Assembly (NCBI GenBank): GCA_965217585.1
Contig: OZ244561.1
Location: 1,888,001-1,952,000, forward strand
Direction of reading: 5' to 3'
Source: Candidatus Latescibacterota bacterium
GTDB lineage: Bacteria; Latescibacterota; UBA2968; UBA8231
Length of the DNA stretch: 64,000 nt
Shown here piece by piece: positions 1-9,506 of the stretch. Every line of letters begins with the position of its first letter. The first letter of the stretch is position 1. The notes under the pieces were generated by a model, which was not told the origin of the DNA, searched no databases, and was given only the letters and a program-made list of their open reading frames with translations. Made by a program: the position numbers and the translations under genes.

Positions 1-78
1 TACGTATAGGTCGCGTAGCACGTCGTCGGCAATACTCCAGATGTAGTTGGCGATCCAGTTAAGCTCGCCGTGCTGCAT
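1..78 (-). CDS. hsdM: Type I restriction-modification methyltransferase (M subunit), N-terminus; runs off the window
   Basis: Not in the ORF track. Minus strand reads GAGGAGG-N5-ATG, then MQHGELNWIANYIWSIADDVLRDLYV, matching the HsdM N-terminal pattern 'W(S/G)IADDVLRD(L/V)YV(RGKY)'. Confidence 0.8.
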   Translation of the reverse strand, partial: MQHGELNWIANYIWSIADDVLRDLYV

Positions 79-184
79 GGTTTCCTCCTCAATGTTTCTG
101 CGTAATTCTAACAGACGCCCCATCCCCCGACAAGCAAGCCGCCCGCGTCTTGCTCTCTCTACCACGCCCCGTATTTTACCCTAC

Positions 185-1021
185 ATGATCCGCAAGGTAC
201 AGTCCATCGCCATCGCCTTGCTCTTGGCGACCCATGCCAGTTGTCTGGCCCCGTCTGACGACGGCGCGGAACCCGCCGCCCTCCAGCCTCAACCGCCCGC
301 TGAAATCCCCACGTACTCCTACCGAGTCGCCCGCGCCTTTCCGCACGACCCGGACGCCTTCACCCAAGGGCTGCTCTACGACGACGGCTTTCTCTACGAA
401 AGCACCGGCCAGTACGGCCAGTCGTCCCTGCGCAAGGTCGAGCTCGAAACCGGGACCATTGTGCAGCTCCACCAGCTAGACGAGCGCTTCTTCGCCGAGG
501 GCCTCGCCCTCTTCGGCAATCGCCTCCTCCAGCTAACTTGGCGGGCCAACAAAGGCTTTGCCTATCGGCTCGATTCTTTTGAGCCGCTAGCGGAATTCGC
601 CTATCCCACCGAGGGCTGGGGGCTGACGTACAACGGCGAACTACTCATTATGAGCGATGGCAGCGCGACCCTTTACTTCCGCGATCCGTTTACCTTTGCC
701 GAGGTAGGCCGGGTCGCCGTGGTGGCCCAAGGCCGTCCCGTGTCTCAGCTCAACGAACTGGAATGGGTCGCCGGCGAGGTCTTTGCCAATATCTGGCAGA
801 CCGACACCATTGCCCGCATCGACCCGGCGACCGGCCAAGTCGCGGGGTGGATAGACCTGACCGGGCTGCTGAGCGACGCGGACCGCCGTGGCTCCAACGC
901 CGAGGTGCTCAATGGCATTGCCTACGACCCCAAAGGCGAGCGCCTCTTCGTCACCGGCAAGTGGTGGCCCAAGCTCTACCAAATCGAACTCGTATCCCCT
1001 TCACCAAGAGGTACCCCATGA
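185..1021 (+). CDS. Glutaminyl-peptide cyclotransferase (bacterial/plant beta-propeller type), probable lipoprotein
   Basis: Motifs PHDPDAFTQGL, LYESTGQYG, FFAEGL, QLTW, EGWGLT, SDGS, LNELE, NIWQ, VLNGIA, TGKWWP. Start moved to ATG185, followed by a hydrophobic stretch ending in ASC. Confidence 0.92.
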   Translation: MIRKVQSIAIALLLATHASCLAPSDDGAEPAALQPQPPAEIPTYSYRVARAFPHDPDAFTQGLLYDDGFLYESTGQYGQSSLRKVELETGTIVQLHQLDERFFAEGLALFGNRLLQLTWRANKGFAYRLDSFEPLAEFAYPTEGWGLTYNGELLIMSDGSATLYFRDPFTFAEVGRVAVVAQGRPVSQLNELEWVAGEVFANIWQTDTIARIDPATGQVAGWIDLTGLLSDADRRGSNAEVLNGIAYDPKGERLFVTGKWWPKLYQIELVSPSPRGTP

Positions 1022-1533
1022 CCCAAGACCGCGTTCCCGTGTGCATCGCCGTGCTCACGGTCTCCGACACCCGCGACGAAACAACCGACAAGTCCGGCAA
1101 GCTGCTGGCCGAGCGCCTCGCAGCGGCCGGCCACATCTTGCACGAAAAGCAAATCCTGCCCGACGACATCTATCAGCTCCGCGCCCAAGTCTCGCAGTGG
1201 ATCGCCGAGCCCCGCGTCCAAGCCATCGTCACTACCGGAGGTACCGGCCTCACGGGCCGCGATGGGACGCCCGAGGCCGTCAGCGTGCTCTTCGACAAGG
1301 AAATCGAGGGCTTTGGCGAGGTCTTTCGCGTGCTGTCCTACGATGAGATCGGCACCGCGACCTTGCAATCGCGCTGCGTGGCCGGCGTCGCCAACAGCAC
1401 CTACATCTTCTGCCTGCCCGGCTCCTCGGGGGCTTGCGCCACCGGCTGGGACAAGCTCATCGGGCCGCAGCTAGATTCCACCAACCAGCCCTGTAACCTC
1501 GTCGATCTGATGCCGAGATTGTCCGAAACTTAG
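1018..1533 (+). CDS. moaB: Molybdenum cofactor biosynthesis protein B
   Basis: Motifs AVLTVSDTR..DKSG, TTGGTGLTGRDGTPEA, FGEVFR, LQSR, FCLPGSSGAC, PCNLV. ATGA overlap with the upstream stop codon. Confidence 0.93.
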   Translation: MTQDRVPVCIAVLTVSDTRDETTDKSGKLLAERLAAAGHILHEKQILPDDIYQLRAQVSQWIAEPRVQAIVTTGGTGLTGRDGTPEAVSVLFDKEIEGFGEVFRVLSYDEIGTATLQSRCVAGVANSTYIFCLPGSSGACATGWDKLIGPQLDSTNQPCNLVDLMPRLSET

Positions 1534-1556
1534 ACGAGAGGAACTGCGCGCCTAGC

Positions 1557-4430
1557 TCAGTTCAAGTAGTTCTTGAGGAATTGCCCGGTGTACGACTCGC
1601 TCACCTCGGCGAGTTCCTCCGGGGTGCCCTGCCCGACGATCTGGCCGCCGTTGTGGCCGCCCTCGGGACCTAAGTCGATGATGTAGTCCGCGGTCTTGAT
1701 GACATCGAGGTGGTGCTCGATGACCAAGACCGTATGACCGGCCTCGACCAAGCGGTTGAGGCTGTCGAGCAGACGCTGAATATCTGCTAGGTGCAGCCCA
1801 GTGGTAGGCTCGTCGAGCAGGTAGAGGTTGCTCTTGCCGCGCTTGAGCTTGCCCAGCTCGTCGGCTAGCTTGACGCGCTGGGCCTCGCCGCCCGACAGCA
1901 GGGGAGCCGGGTGGCCAATTTGCAAATAGCCCAGCCCCAAATCGTTGAGTACGCCCAGCTTGTGGGCGATGAGCCGCTGGTCGGCGAAAAAATCCACCCC
2001 ATCCTCTATGGTCATCGCCAAGACCTCGGCGATGTTCTTGTCCTGATAGGTAACCTCGAGCGTGTCCTGATTGTAACGCGCGCCCTTGCAGGTGGGGCAA
2101 GGCACCTCCACATCGGCCATCAAATGCAGCTTAGTGGTGACCGTGCCCTCGCCGCCGCACTCCTCGCAGCGGCCTCCCTTGACGTTGAAGCTAAAGCGCG
2201 AGGCCGTATAACCGCGCTCCCCGGCCTCGGGCGTCTGGGCGAAGAGGCGGCGGATGTTGTCGTAGAAGCCGATGTACGTGGCCGGGTTGGAGCGGGGCGA
2301 GCGGCCGATGGGGGATTGGTCGATGTTGATCACATCGCTTATGTGCTCGACCCCGTCGAGGCGGTCGTGCGCGCCCGACAGCACGCGGCTGTCGTGGAAG
2401 ATGGAGTAGAGCTTCTTGTAGAGAATGTCGTGGACGAGGGAGCTCTTGCCCGAGCCAGAGGCCCCGCTGACGCAGACGAAGACCCCCAAGGGGATTTTGA
2501 CGTCGAGGTCGTCGAGGTTGTTGGCGCGGGCACCGCGGACGCGCAGGCTGTGGCCGTTGAGCGGGCGGCGCTCGACCGGCACGCTGATGTGCTGGCGGCC
2601 CGTGAGAAACTGGCCGGTTAGGGAGTTGGGGTTTTTCAATACCTGGCGAATGGTGCCCTCGGCGGCGATGCGACCACCGTGCACACCCGGCCCAGGGCCG
2701 AGCTCAATGATGTGATCGGCCGCCCGAATGGTCTCCTCGTCGTGCTCCACCACAATAACCGTGTTGCCGACATCGCGCAGGCGGCGCAGTGTCTCAATCA
2801 TCTTGACGTTGTCTTTGGGATGCAGGCCAATGGAAGGCTCGTCGAGCACGTAGAGCATGCCCATTAGGCCGGAACCGATCTGCGTGGACAGGCGAATGCG
2901 CTGGGCCTCGCCGCCGGAGAGGGTCCCCGCCCGGCGAGTGAGACTGAGATAATCCAAGCCAATGCCCATGATGAGGTCGAGCCGCAGTGCGAGCTCGCGC
3001 ACGATCTGCTCGCCGGCCTGCTTCCTCTGCACGGGCATGGGAACGTCGCTGAGAAAATCGCGCAGCTCCTGCAGGTGCATCTCGCACAGGTCGTGGATGG
3101 TGCGTCCGGCGACGGTGACGAGCATGCGCGTGGCTTTGAGCCGCGTGCCGCCGCAGTCCGGGCAGTCGTACTCGACCATGACCTTGCGCAGGTAGTCCTC
3201 CATCCCCGAATGCGCCACCCCTTGGCGGCGATAGCGGCGGTAGCGGCGATCAATCTGGTTGATGATCCCATCGAAAGAGACCTTGCGCCCTTTGTAGCGA
3301 CGGCCTTCGGTCGCGCCCGGCGGCAGGACAATAGTGAAGCGCTTGCCTTTGGTGCCGTAGAACAGCACGTCAACGATGCGGTCGGACAGCTCGGCAAAGG
3401 GCGTGTCCAAGTCGAAGCCGTAGTGTTGGGCCAAGCTGCATAAGATGCGGCCGCCCCACCCATTGCGGTCGTAGTTGAATGCCTCGCGCACAAAGGCACC
3501 GTCGATAATACTCCGGCTCTTGTCGGGTACCAGCAGATCGGGATGGACCTGTAGATAGGTGCCCAAGCCCGAACAGGTGACGCAGGCGGAGAGCGGCTCG
3601 TTGAAGGTGAAGTAGCCCTGGGTCAGCTCGGCCATGCTGAGGCGATGCTCGGGGCAGCCGAAGCCTTCGTAGAAGGCCGCGACCTCTTGGGCAGAAGCGA
3701 TTTGCGGATTCAGCAGGTGGAAGCTGAGAAAGTTCTCGCCCACCACTAGGCCGTGCTCAATGGAAGCGAGGAGCTGTTTCTGCAGGTCGCCGCCGATGAC
3801 GAAGCGGTCGATGACCACCTCGATGTGGAAATCCTCGTTCTCGTCGAGCTCGAGTTCCTCGCTCAGGTCGCATAGCTCGCCTTCGATGCGCACCCGCCGG
3901 TAGCCCTTGGTGCGAATGTCGTCAAAGAGGAAGGCGTAGTCCTCGCCGTAGATCTTAAACACCGGCGCGCGGATTTCTACCTCGGCCCCGGTCGGCAGGG
4001 ACAGCAAGTGCTCGGCCATCTGGTAGGGCGTGCGATAGGTGATGGGGCGGCGGCAATAGGGGCAGTGGGCTTGGCCCACCGTGGAGTAGAGCATGCGCAG
4101 GTATTCGTACAGGTCGGTCATGGTGCCGACGGTCGAGCGCGGATTGTTGAAGATGGTCTTCTGCTCAATGGAAATGACCGGCGAAAGCCCGGTGACGAAA
4201 TCGACATCCGGCTTCTTCATATGCTCGACGAAGCGCTTGGCATAGGTGGACATGGACTCCATGAAGCGCCGCTGGCCCTCGGCGTACACCGTGTCGAAGG
4301 CCAGCGAGGATTTGCCCGAGCCGCTGATGCCGGTGATGACGACCAGTTTATCGCGCGGGATGCTGATGTCGATGTTCCGCAGGTTGTTCTCGCGTGCGCC
4401 CTTAATGGCGATCGCGTCTCGCATAGCCAT
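1557..4430 (-). CDS. uvrA: Excinuclease ABC subunit A
   Basis: Two ABC modules ([26 protein letters not shown]; [18 protein letters not shown]), CxxC zinc fingers, [11 protein letters not shown]. Confidence 0.96.
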   Translation of the reverse strand: MAMRDAIAIKGARENNLRNIDISIPRDKLVVITGISGSGKSSLAFDTVYAEGQRRFMESMSTYAKRFVEHMKKPDVDFVTGLSPVISIEQKTIFNNPRSTVGTMTDLYEYLRMLYSTVGQAHCPYCRRPITYRTPYQMAEHLLSLPTGAEVEIRAPVFKIYGEDYAFLFDDIRTKGYRRVRIEGELCDLSEELELDENEDFHIEVVIDRFVIGGDLQKQLLASIEHGLVVGENFLSFHLLNPQIASAQEVAAFYEGFGCPEHRLSMAELTQGYFTFNEPLSACVTCSGLGTYLQVHPDLLVPDKSRSIIDGAFVREAFNYDRNGWGGRILCSLAQHYGFDLDTPFAELSDRIVDVLFYGTKGKRFTIVLPPGATEGRRYKGRKVSFDGIINQIDRRYRRYRRQGVAHSGMEDYLRKVMVEYDCPDCGGTRLKATRMLVTVAGRTIHDLCEMHLQELRDFLSDVPMPVQRKQAGEQIVRELALRLDLIMGIGLDYLSLTRRAGTLSGGEAQRIRLSTQIGSGLMGMLYVLDEPSIGLHPKDNVKMIETLRRLRDVGNTVIVVEHDEETIRAADHIIELGPGPGVHGGRIAAEGTIRQVLKNPNSLTGQFLTGRQHISVPVERRPLNGHSLRVRGARANNLDDLDVKIPLGVFVCVSGASGSGKSSLVHDILYKKLYSIFHDSRVLSGAHDRLDGVEHISDVINIDQSPIGRSPRSNPATYIGFYDNIRRLFAQTPEAGERGYTASRFSFNVKGGRCEECGGEGTVTTKLHLMADVEVPCPTCKGARYNQDTLEVTYQDKNIAEVLAMTIEDGVDFFADQRLIAHKLGVLNDLGLGYLQIGHPAPLLSGGEAQRVKLADELGKLKRGKSNLYLLDEPTTGLHLADIQRLLDSLNRLVEAGHTVLVIEHHLDVIKTADYIIDLGPEGGHNGGQIVGQGTPEELAEVSESYTGQFLKNYLN

Positions 4431-4446
4431 AGTGTGTCCTGTTGTG

Positions 4447-5385
4447 CTAGTGTAGGCCCCAATCGGACCCGTCGCCGTCGTAGTGATAGGCTGCTTCCTG
4501 TAGCTCTACGCGGCTCTTTTCGGTGAGGCGCAGCGGTGCCGACATCTTTTGTAGCAAGCCCTTTTCGACCAGCCACTCGCAGGCAAAGTCCGCGCCTTCC
4601 ATCTTGAAGTGCTCTTCTATTTCCGACACCGTGCGCATGGCCTCGGCCTCCTCCAAATAGTCAATCAGGGGCTGGAACAGGTCCCAGAGGTGGTCGTCGA
4701 GGTAGGTCTCTACGCGCTGGAGGGCCGCCTTGAGGGTGCGGGCGTTTTTGGGGGCGGCGATCAGATCCGTGTAGATGGCGTTGAAGAACTCGGGGTTAAA
4801 GGCGAGGGCTTGGTGAATGACCTCGCGGCCCGGGGCTTGGCCGTTGAGGATGCACTCGACGCTGGCGAGCTGATCGGCCACGTTGAGGAACCACAGGAAG
4901 CTGTAGTTGTAGTCCTTCTTCACCTGGTACCACTTCTGGGCTTTGGTCAAGGTGGCCAACAGCGGAAGGGCGCGCCGCAGCAACTGGTAGTCGCGGTCGC
5001 GCGCGCCGATGCGCTCGGCGTCTTTGTACCACGCGGCAATGGACTCGTCCTTGGAGAACAGGAGGGTGCTGTGGGCGAAGGTAAAGTCGAGCCAGCCGCC
5101 TTGGCGCGAGCCTTCTATGTTTAACTGGAACCGCTTGCGCGGGATGAGATTGGCGTGGATGATGACGCCTTCCTCGGTGAGGCAGTGGTCCTCGTAGCGC
5201 CGCACCTTGGGGTCATCGGCCATGACGATCCACAAGTCGATGTCGGACTTCTCCCAAACCTGATCGTACGAATAGGAACCATAGACGATGGCGGCCAAGA
5301 CCGTGCGGTCTTGTTGGAGTTTTTGGGTCAAGGCGTCGAGCGCCCGGCGATAGCGCTCTTGGACTGCTTGCTGAGACCGAGACAT
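4447..5385 (-). CDS. Nucleotidyltransferase-domain protein (Pol-beta-like/MNT fold) with a helical C-terminal region
   Basis: YGS....[12 protein letters not shown] fits the GS-x-DxD NTase motif. Start placed at ATG5385, downstream of the promoter. The stop is 16 nt before uvrA. Confidence 0.75.
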   Translation of the reverse strand: MSRSQQAVQERYRRALDALTQKLQQDRTVLAAIVYGSYSYDQVWEKSDIDLWIVMADDPKVRRYEDHCLTEEGVIIHANLIPRKRFQLNIEGSRQGGWLDFTFAHSTLLFSKDESIAAWYKDAERIGARDRDYQLLRRALPLLATLTKAQKWYQVKKDYNYSFLWFLNVADQLASVECILNGQAPGREVIHQALAFNPEFFNAIYTDLIAAPKNARTLKAALQRVETYLDDHLWDLFQPLIDYLEEAEAMRTVSEIEEHFKMEGADFACEWLVEKGLLQKMSAPLRLTEKSRVELQEAAYHYDGDGSDWGLH

Positions 5386-5425
5386 GGCAGTTCCTGACGA
5401 GGAAATCAACGTGCGAGCGGCACAA

Positions 5426-5454
5426 AATATACTGAACATACGTATAGTTGTCAA
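5426..5454 (-). promoter_or_regulatory. Sigma70 promoter (TTGACA-N17-TATATT) for the NTase-uvrA operon, with an SOS-box-like site in the spacer
   Basis: Minus strand: TTGACA (5454-5449), 17 nt, TATATT (5431-5426). The spacer contains GAAC-atac-GTAT (5434-5445 on +). Confidence 0.7.
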
Positions 5455-5537
5455 GGTGTCGCATGGCCTAGCTGTGTGGCGTCTTCCGAAGGCGTCCGTG
5501 AGCCGCTATATATAAAGGATAGAGACGCTGTTTTCTG

Positions 5538-5571
5538 AGCCACCCGCTTGCGAAAAGCAGGCGGCTTTTTT
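5538..5571 (+). terminator. Intrinsic terminator-like hairpin
   Basis: AGCCACCCGCTT-gcga-AAGCAGGCGGCT (imperfect stem) followed by a T run. Confidence 0.45.
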
Positions 5572-5572
5572 G

Positions 5573-5600
5573 TTGACAATGGAAATCGCCGCCCTATTTT
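5573..5600 (+). promoter_or_regulatory. Putative sigma70 promoter
   Basis: TTGACA-N16-TATTTT, about 150 nt upstream of ATG5752. Confidence 0.4.
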
Positions 5601-5751
5601 TGTTCGTGTTTTTATAACTGTTTACATAAAATCCTCTGATCATCGTGGATATCTTGAGATAGGGTACCTCCCTACTGACGACCACTCAAGAAACGCCCTC
5701 ATCCAATCGACCGAGCTGCTCAGACGATACCGACCTAATAAGGAGGAAAGA

Positions 5752-7149
5752 ATGGTACGAATAAATTGTCCGAAATGTTCGACTGAACTTAGCGATACTG
5801 CATTAAGATGCCCCAAATGCGGTGTTCGATTGACGAAGTCCAAAAGGGACTTTTGGGGTAATCTTCTTAAGTGGATTATTGGGTTCATTATTCTGATGGT
5901 TTTTTGGTTTATTTTTGGGACGAAGAGTATCATGGGATTCCTGTCAATGCTTGGGGGCATCATTTTTTTGACGATGATCGTTGGACTGATTAAGCCCTCA
6001 ATCCTGCGAATGCCGTCGTTGAGTTCAAGACTTCGTGTGTTTGGAGTAGGGACTTTCAGCCTTATTGTTCTCTCATTCATCCAAGAGTCGTTTGAGCCTC
6101 AGCCGACTCAAGATGGCAAGCGGAGCGTGGAGATAGAAAAGACCGAAATTTCCGATTCCGAGAGCAAATCTGATGTTAAGGAAAACGAAGAGAGGAAAGA
6201 ACGTATAGAGGCCGGAAAGCTCCGAGAAGCCGAACAGTTGCGCCGCCGAACGAAGGATCCAACCTACGTGAGTGATCTCAGGGCTGCTCTTAAAGAGGGT
6301 AAAAAACTAATCAGCGAGGCTGAATCCGCCCTTAAGGCGCGAAATTATAATCTGGCAAAATCACTGTTGGATTCGATATTAGAGACTCCAGACCTTTACG
6401 AACGACACAAGGTATATATTTTTCCCAAACATGTGAGTTTTGTGTTTTTGGAAAAGAAGTACTCTAAACCTTCCTCTTGGTTCCACCCGGAGGAAGAACA
6501 GGCCTACAATCAACGATTTCAGGCCGCACGACTTGATAATGTTGTCAGATTTCGGGAGGCTGAATCTCAGTACGAAGACGCAGGCGATCTGTCCACGAAG
6601 CGAGACAGTTTTGAGCGATTAGTAGAACTTGCTCTTCTGTGGGAATTTCGTTCTCACCATGATGCACTGATATATATCCTGTATGGAGGAGAATCATATA
6701 GATTTGTGAAGAACATTGACTTCACCGATGGACGTCTGACAGTCTCTCTTCGGGCGAAAGACTCCTACTCCATAGACCTATCCGACGGAACAGTAGAACC
6801 CAAGCACCCAGTTGATACAATAAAAAATTCGCATGATTTCATTCAATTGTTATTTACTAAGTATAGTACTCGTGTCCCTATATACTTTAGGAAAGAACTT
6901 GCGAAGGACTTCGACAAAGTAGATGAGGTGATTATTGCATTGTACTGGCCTGCTGCAACTGTGAAATCCGGTGGAGATCTCCTCGCTGCTCGGTATGGAA
7001 TCAAACGTACTAAATTCGACCGGAAGAAATGGAGAAAACTCAAGGCGAAGGATGGAACATTCCAGGACTATTTGAAGATACATGGGACCTACTATCTGCA
7101 TAAGGACATGCCCGACAAAGGCACTCCTGCCCACATTCTCAAAGGGTGA
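5752..7149 (+). CDS. Zinc-ribbon membrane protein of unknown function (lower GC)
   Basis: AAGGAGG RBS. N-terminal CPKC-x10-CPKC, about 3 TM segments, then a charged helical region and a soluble domain. AT-richer than the flanks. Confidence 0.8.
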   Translation: MVRINCPKCSTELSDTALRCPKCGVRLTKSKRDFWGNLLKWIIGFIILMVFWFIFGTKSIMGFLSMLGGIIFLTMIVGLIKPSILRMPSLSSRLRVFGVGTFSLIVLSFIQESFEPQPTQDGKRSVEIEKTEISDSESKSDVKENEERKERIEAGKLREAEQLRRRTKDPTYVSDLRAALKEGKKLISEAESALKARNYNLAKSLLDSILETPDLYERHKVYIFPKHVSFVFLEKKYSKPSSWFHPEEEQAYNQRFQAARLDNVVRFREAESQYEDAGDLSTKRDSFERLVELALLWEFRSHHDALIYILYGGESYRFVKNIDFTDGRLTVSLRAKDSYSIDLSDGTVEPKHPVDTIKNSHDFIQLLFTKYSTRVPIYFRKELAKDFDKVDEVIIALYWPAATVKSGGDLLAARYGIKRTKFDRKKWRKLKAKDGTFQDYLKIHGTYYLHKDMPDKGTPAHILKG

Positions 7150-7415
7150 TCCCATGGCTAATAAAATGACACTGGAGCAATTGTCGTCACAAGTAACCGA
7201 CAAAAAAACTGGTGAGGAGACGGCGGCTGAGGTGCTGCAACCAAAGGGGTTGTGAGAGGCGGTCGGGAGGATATACGAGTGATCTTGGAGTTGGATGACG
7301 AAGGCATCCACGTGATCTGTCCTAGAAGAGACATATCATGCTTAATTGACAAAAACTGAAACGACGCAGAACATCATTGCTCACATAAAACCATTCAAAA
7401 AGGAGCTGTTCGGCC

Positions 7416-8465
7416 ATGAGCAGATATTGGCTACACAGAATTTCTCATTGTCAAGAGACATCTCGGCCTCTTTTGGAGAAAGGCTTTTTGACCATCGGCT
7501 TTTCTGACTTCAGAAACCCCGAGTTTTTGAGTTACGGATGGAACGATTTTAACGAAGAATTCCAAAGACAATGGGGTTCCTTGCCAAACAATAGATTTTT
7601 CCTTTGGCGGTTTCTACATGAAATGAGCAACGACGACTTCGTCCTAGTCCCTGGGTACAGGACCTATTCGGTCTATGAGATCGAGGGCTGTGCGAAACCG
7701 ATCGGTGAAATTCCTATCTCTGATCTCAGAACATGGACTGGCGACATCGTAGAGAAGAGGGAAGGTCTTCTCTACGCACAAGGCCAACTCATTGACCTCG
7801 GTTTCTTTAGAAGAGTCAAATTGCACCGCATAGGGGGCGAAAACGGGCTGGAAGCCAAAGATATCAACAGATATGAATATGCCGACAACGCCTTGACCAA
7901 ACGCCTGAGATTCTTTGGAGCAACTTTAGATATATCCGACCTAGAAAACAGTATCAGGAGATCGTTGGCCCATTACCAAGATCAGAAACCTCTGAATCTC
8001 CATTCTCGGATAGTGGAAGAGATGACGGAGGGAATATTGGACCTGATTTGTGAAGAATTGACGCCTGACAAATTCGAGTCGCTGATTAAGTGGTATTTCA
8101 GGAGAATCGGAGCCAGCGAAATATATATCCCACCAAGAAACGAATCTGACAACGCAGGCGATGCGGACGTCATTGCAACTTTTGAGCCGATCAAAACGAT
8201 CATTTATGTTCAGGCCAAGTTCCACGAGCCGGATAGTGAGACGGATGAATGGGCTGTGGAGCAAATAAGAGAATACGTGGATTATAGAGATACAGAAGAC
8301 GATGGGTATTCCAAGATTTCTTGGGTCGTTTCGACATGCGACGGCTTTACCGAGCGTTGCCAGAATATGGCCAACTTGCACGGCGTTACTTTGATTAATG
8401 GCCAAGAGTTTGCACGTATGCTGATCCATGCTGGAATCGAAGGTCTCGATACGGCGTTCGACTGA
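7416..8465 (+). CDS. Mrr-like (type IV) restriction endonuclease
   Basis: AGGAG RBS. C-terminal Mrr_cat-like domain: 'PDKFESLIKWYF..G', DADVIA...YVQAKFH (D-x-QxK), 'LINGQEFARML'. N-terminal domain with GF(S)D and 'DFVLVP'. Confidence 0.8.
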   Translation: MSRYWLHRISHCQETSRPLLEKGFLTIGFSDFRNPEFLSYGWNDFNEEFQRQWGSLPNNRFFLWRFLHEMSNDDFVLVPGYRTYSVYEIEGCAKPIGEIPISDLRTWTGDIVEKREGLLYAQGQLIDLGFFRRVKLHRIGGENGLEAKDINRYEYADNALTKRLRFFGATLDISDLENSIRRSLAHYQDQKPLNLHSRIVEEMTEGILDLICEELTPDKFESLIKWYFRRIGASEIYIPPRNESDNAGDADVIATFEPIKTIIYVQAKFHEPDSETDEWAVEQIREYVDYRDTEDDGYSKISWVVSTCDGFTERCQNMANLHGVTLINGQEFARMLIHAGIEGLDTAFD

Positions 8466-8671
8466 TAGTGGTGGACTCTACGACGTATCCTTTGTGGACA
8501 TCATGGAGAAGAAGTCCCTGCCGATCGCATATACATATAGACGTTTCAGTGGGGCGTCGCGACATGTCCGCCAAAAAAACTTCGACGCCGTAGCTTCGAC
8601 GAGTACCGCCTCTCGTTACTCGCCCCATCAACACCTGTCTCCTGCAAGCACGTCCGAAGCACCCTCCACCA

Positions 8672-8739
8672 CCGATCTCTCCCGGCAAATCCCCGACCGT
8701 CCAGCGCCTGTCCCATAGCCCCGCCGCAAGTGCAGTCAC
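8672..8739 (-). pseudogene. Possible relic of an IS1-family transposase C-terminus
   Basis: Translates to TALAAGLWDRRWTVGDL, resembling the 'TPAMAAGLTDxxWTxxEL' tail of IS1-family transposases. No other IS parts seen. Confidence 0.3.
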
Positions 8740-8904
8740 GCAGACGATTTTGACGAAAAATGATCCTTTTACAAAAAAACTACCTGCGACACGATCTGTC
8801 GCACCTCTCAGGTAAGTTTCCTTTTACCACAATCAGAAGGGTGCCGGGCCATGCCTCCATCTCACAGATTCCACCACACTCTTCTGCCGAGGATCACCTA
8901 GCGC

Positions 8905-8974
8905 ATGTCGCCGGACAATACCTTGGCTTCTGGCTCGGCGGTGATAGCACCTGTTGCGCTGCCGCCGCCGAGCA
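8905..8974. repeat. Intergenic hairpin repeat, copy 1
   Basis: atgtcgccggacaa..cc..ggct..ggCTCGGC..atagcacctgttgcg..GCCGAG, similar to 9346-9390 and 11085-11147. Confidence 0.75.
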
Positions 8975-8990
8975 CTTCTGACGGGAGAGA

Positions 8991-9251
8991 CTATTGGGAA
9001 AGCGTCTGTAGTTCCTCGCGGATCACTTTGCGCAAGGTTTCCTCTAAGACAGAATCCTGAACTTGGATATATCGACGCAATGCCTCGTTAATCAAGGTCT
9101 GGTAATTGCCTCCGCCGGCCTCGTGTACCTGGTTCCTAAACCAGTTCAACACATCGTTGTCCAAGCGTATCGTGATGCGCGTCTTATTGGGAGCAGCCGG
9201 AACGAGTGCTCCTCGGTTGGCCTGAGTAAAATCAAATTCTTCCTTGCTCAT
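8991..9251 (-). CDS. brnA: BrnA-family antitoxin (ribbon-helix-helix)
   Basis: MSKEEFDF..RG..KTRITIRLDNDVLNWFR..GGNYQTLINEALR. AAGGAG RBS before ATG9251. Confidence 0.88.
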   Translation of the reverse strand: MSKEEFDFTQANRGALVPAAPNKTRITIRLDNDVLNWFRNQVHEAGGGNYQTLINEALRRYIQVQDSVLEETLRKVIREELQTLSQ

Positions 9252-9279
9252 AGTGTCTCCTTTCACGCGGCGTGGCTTC
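9232..9279 (-). pseudogene. 3' relic of the BrnT toxin gene
   Basis: Reads EATPRERRHYEQGRI*, overlapping the brnA start like the '(RK)ATxxERxxYE' end of BrnT. The rest of the toxin is absent. Confidence 0.65.
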
Positions 9280-9307
9280 AATATATGCACAAATGATGCA
9301 CAATCAA
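9280..9307 (-). promoter_or_regulatory. brnTA-type promoter with a TTGTGCAT direct repeat (possible RHH operator)
   Basis: TTGATT-N16-TATATT on the minus strand, with TTGTGCAT twice across the -35/spacer/-10. Confidence 0.5.
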
Positions 9308-9345
9308 GGTGCTTACCCTGCAACCTTTGAGCCGTAAGACCCCTG

Positions 9346-9390
9346 CCTCCCGGCTCGGCACAATAGTGCCTGTTGCGCTGTCGCCGAGCA
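9346..9390. repeat. Intergenic hairpin repeat, copy 2 (shorter)
   Basis: cctcccggCTCGGCacaatagtgcctgttgcgctgtcGCCGAGca. Confidence 0.7.
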
Positions 9391-9413
9391 TCAACAAAGC
9401 GCATCGCATTTCT

Positions 9414-9442
9414 TTGCAAGGGTTGGCCCTGTATCCTATCTT
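9414..9442 (+). promoter_or_regulatory. Sigma70-like promoter of the first AAA/nuclease gene
   Basis: TTGCAA-N17-TATCTT, conserved upstream of the second copy. Confidence 0.6.
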
Positions 9443-9506
9443 GTCGGCTATAGGCCCCAGATGTTCCCGGCACTCTACCCGTTGGCCGGGATGTGGAGTA
9501 AGACCC

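Noticed and set aside
7154-7360. Short ORFs between the membrane protein and Mrr-like genes
   Set aside because: No recognisable motif and too short to support.
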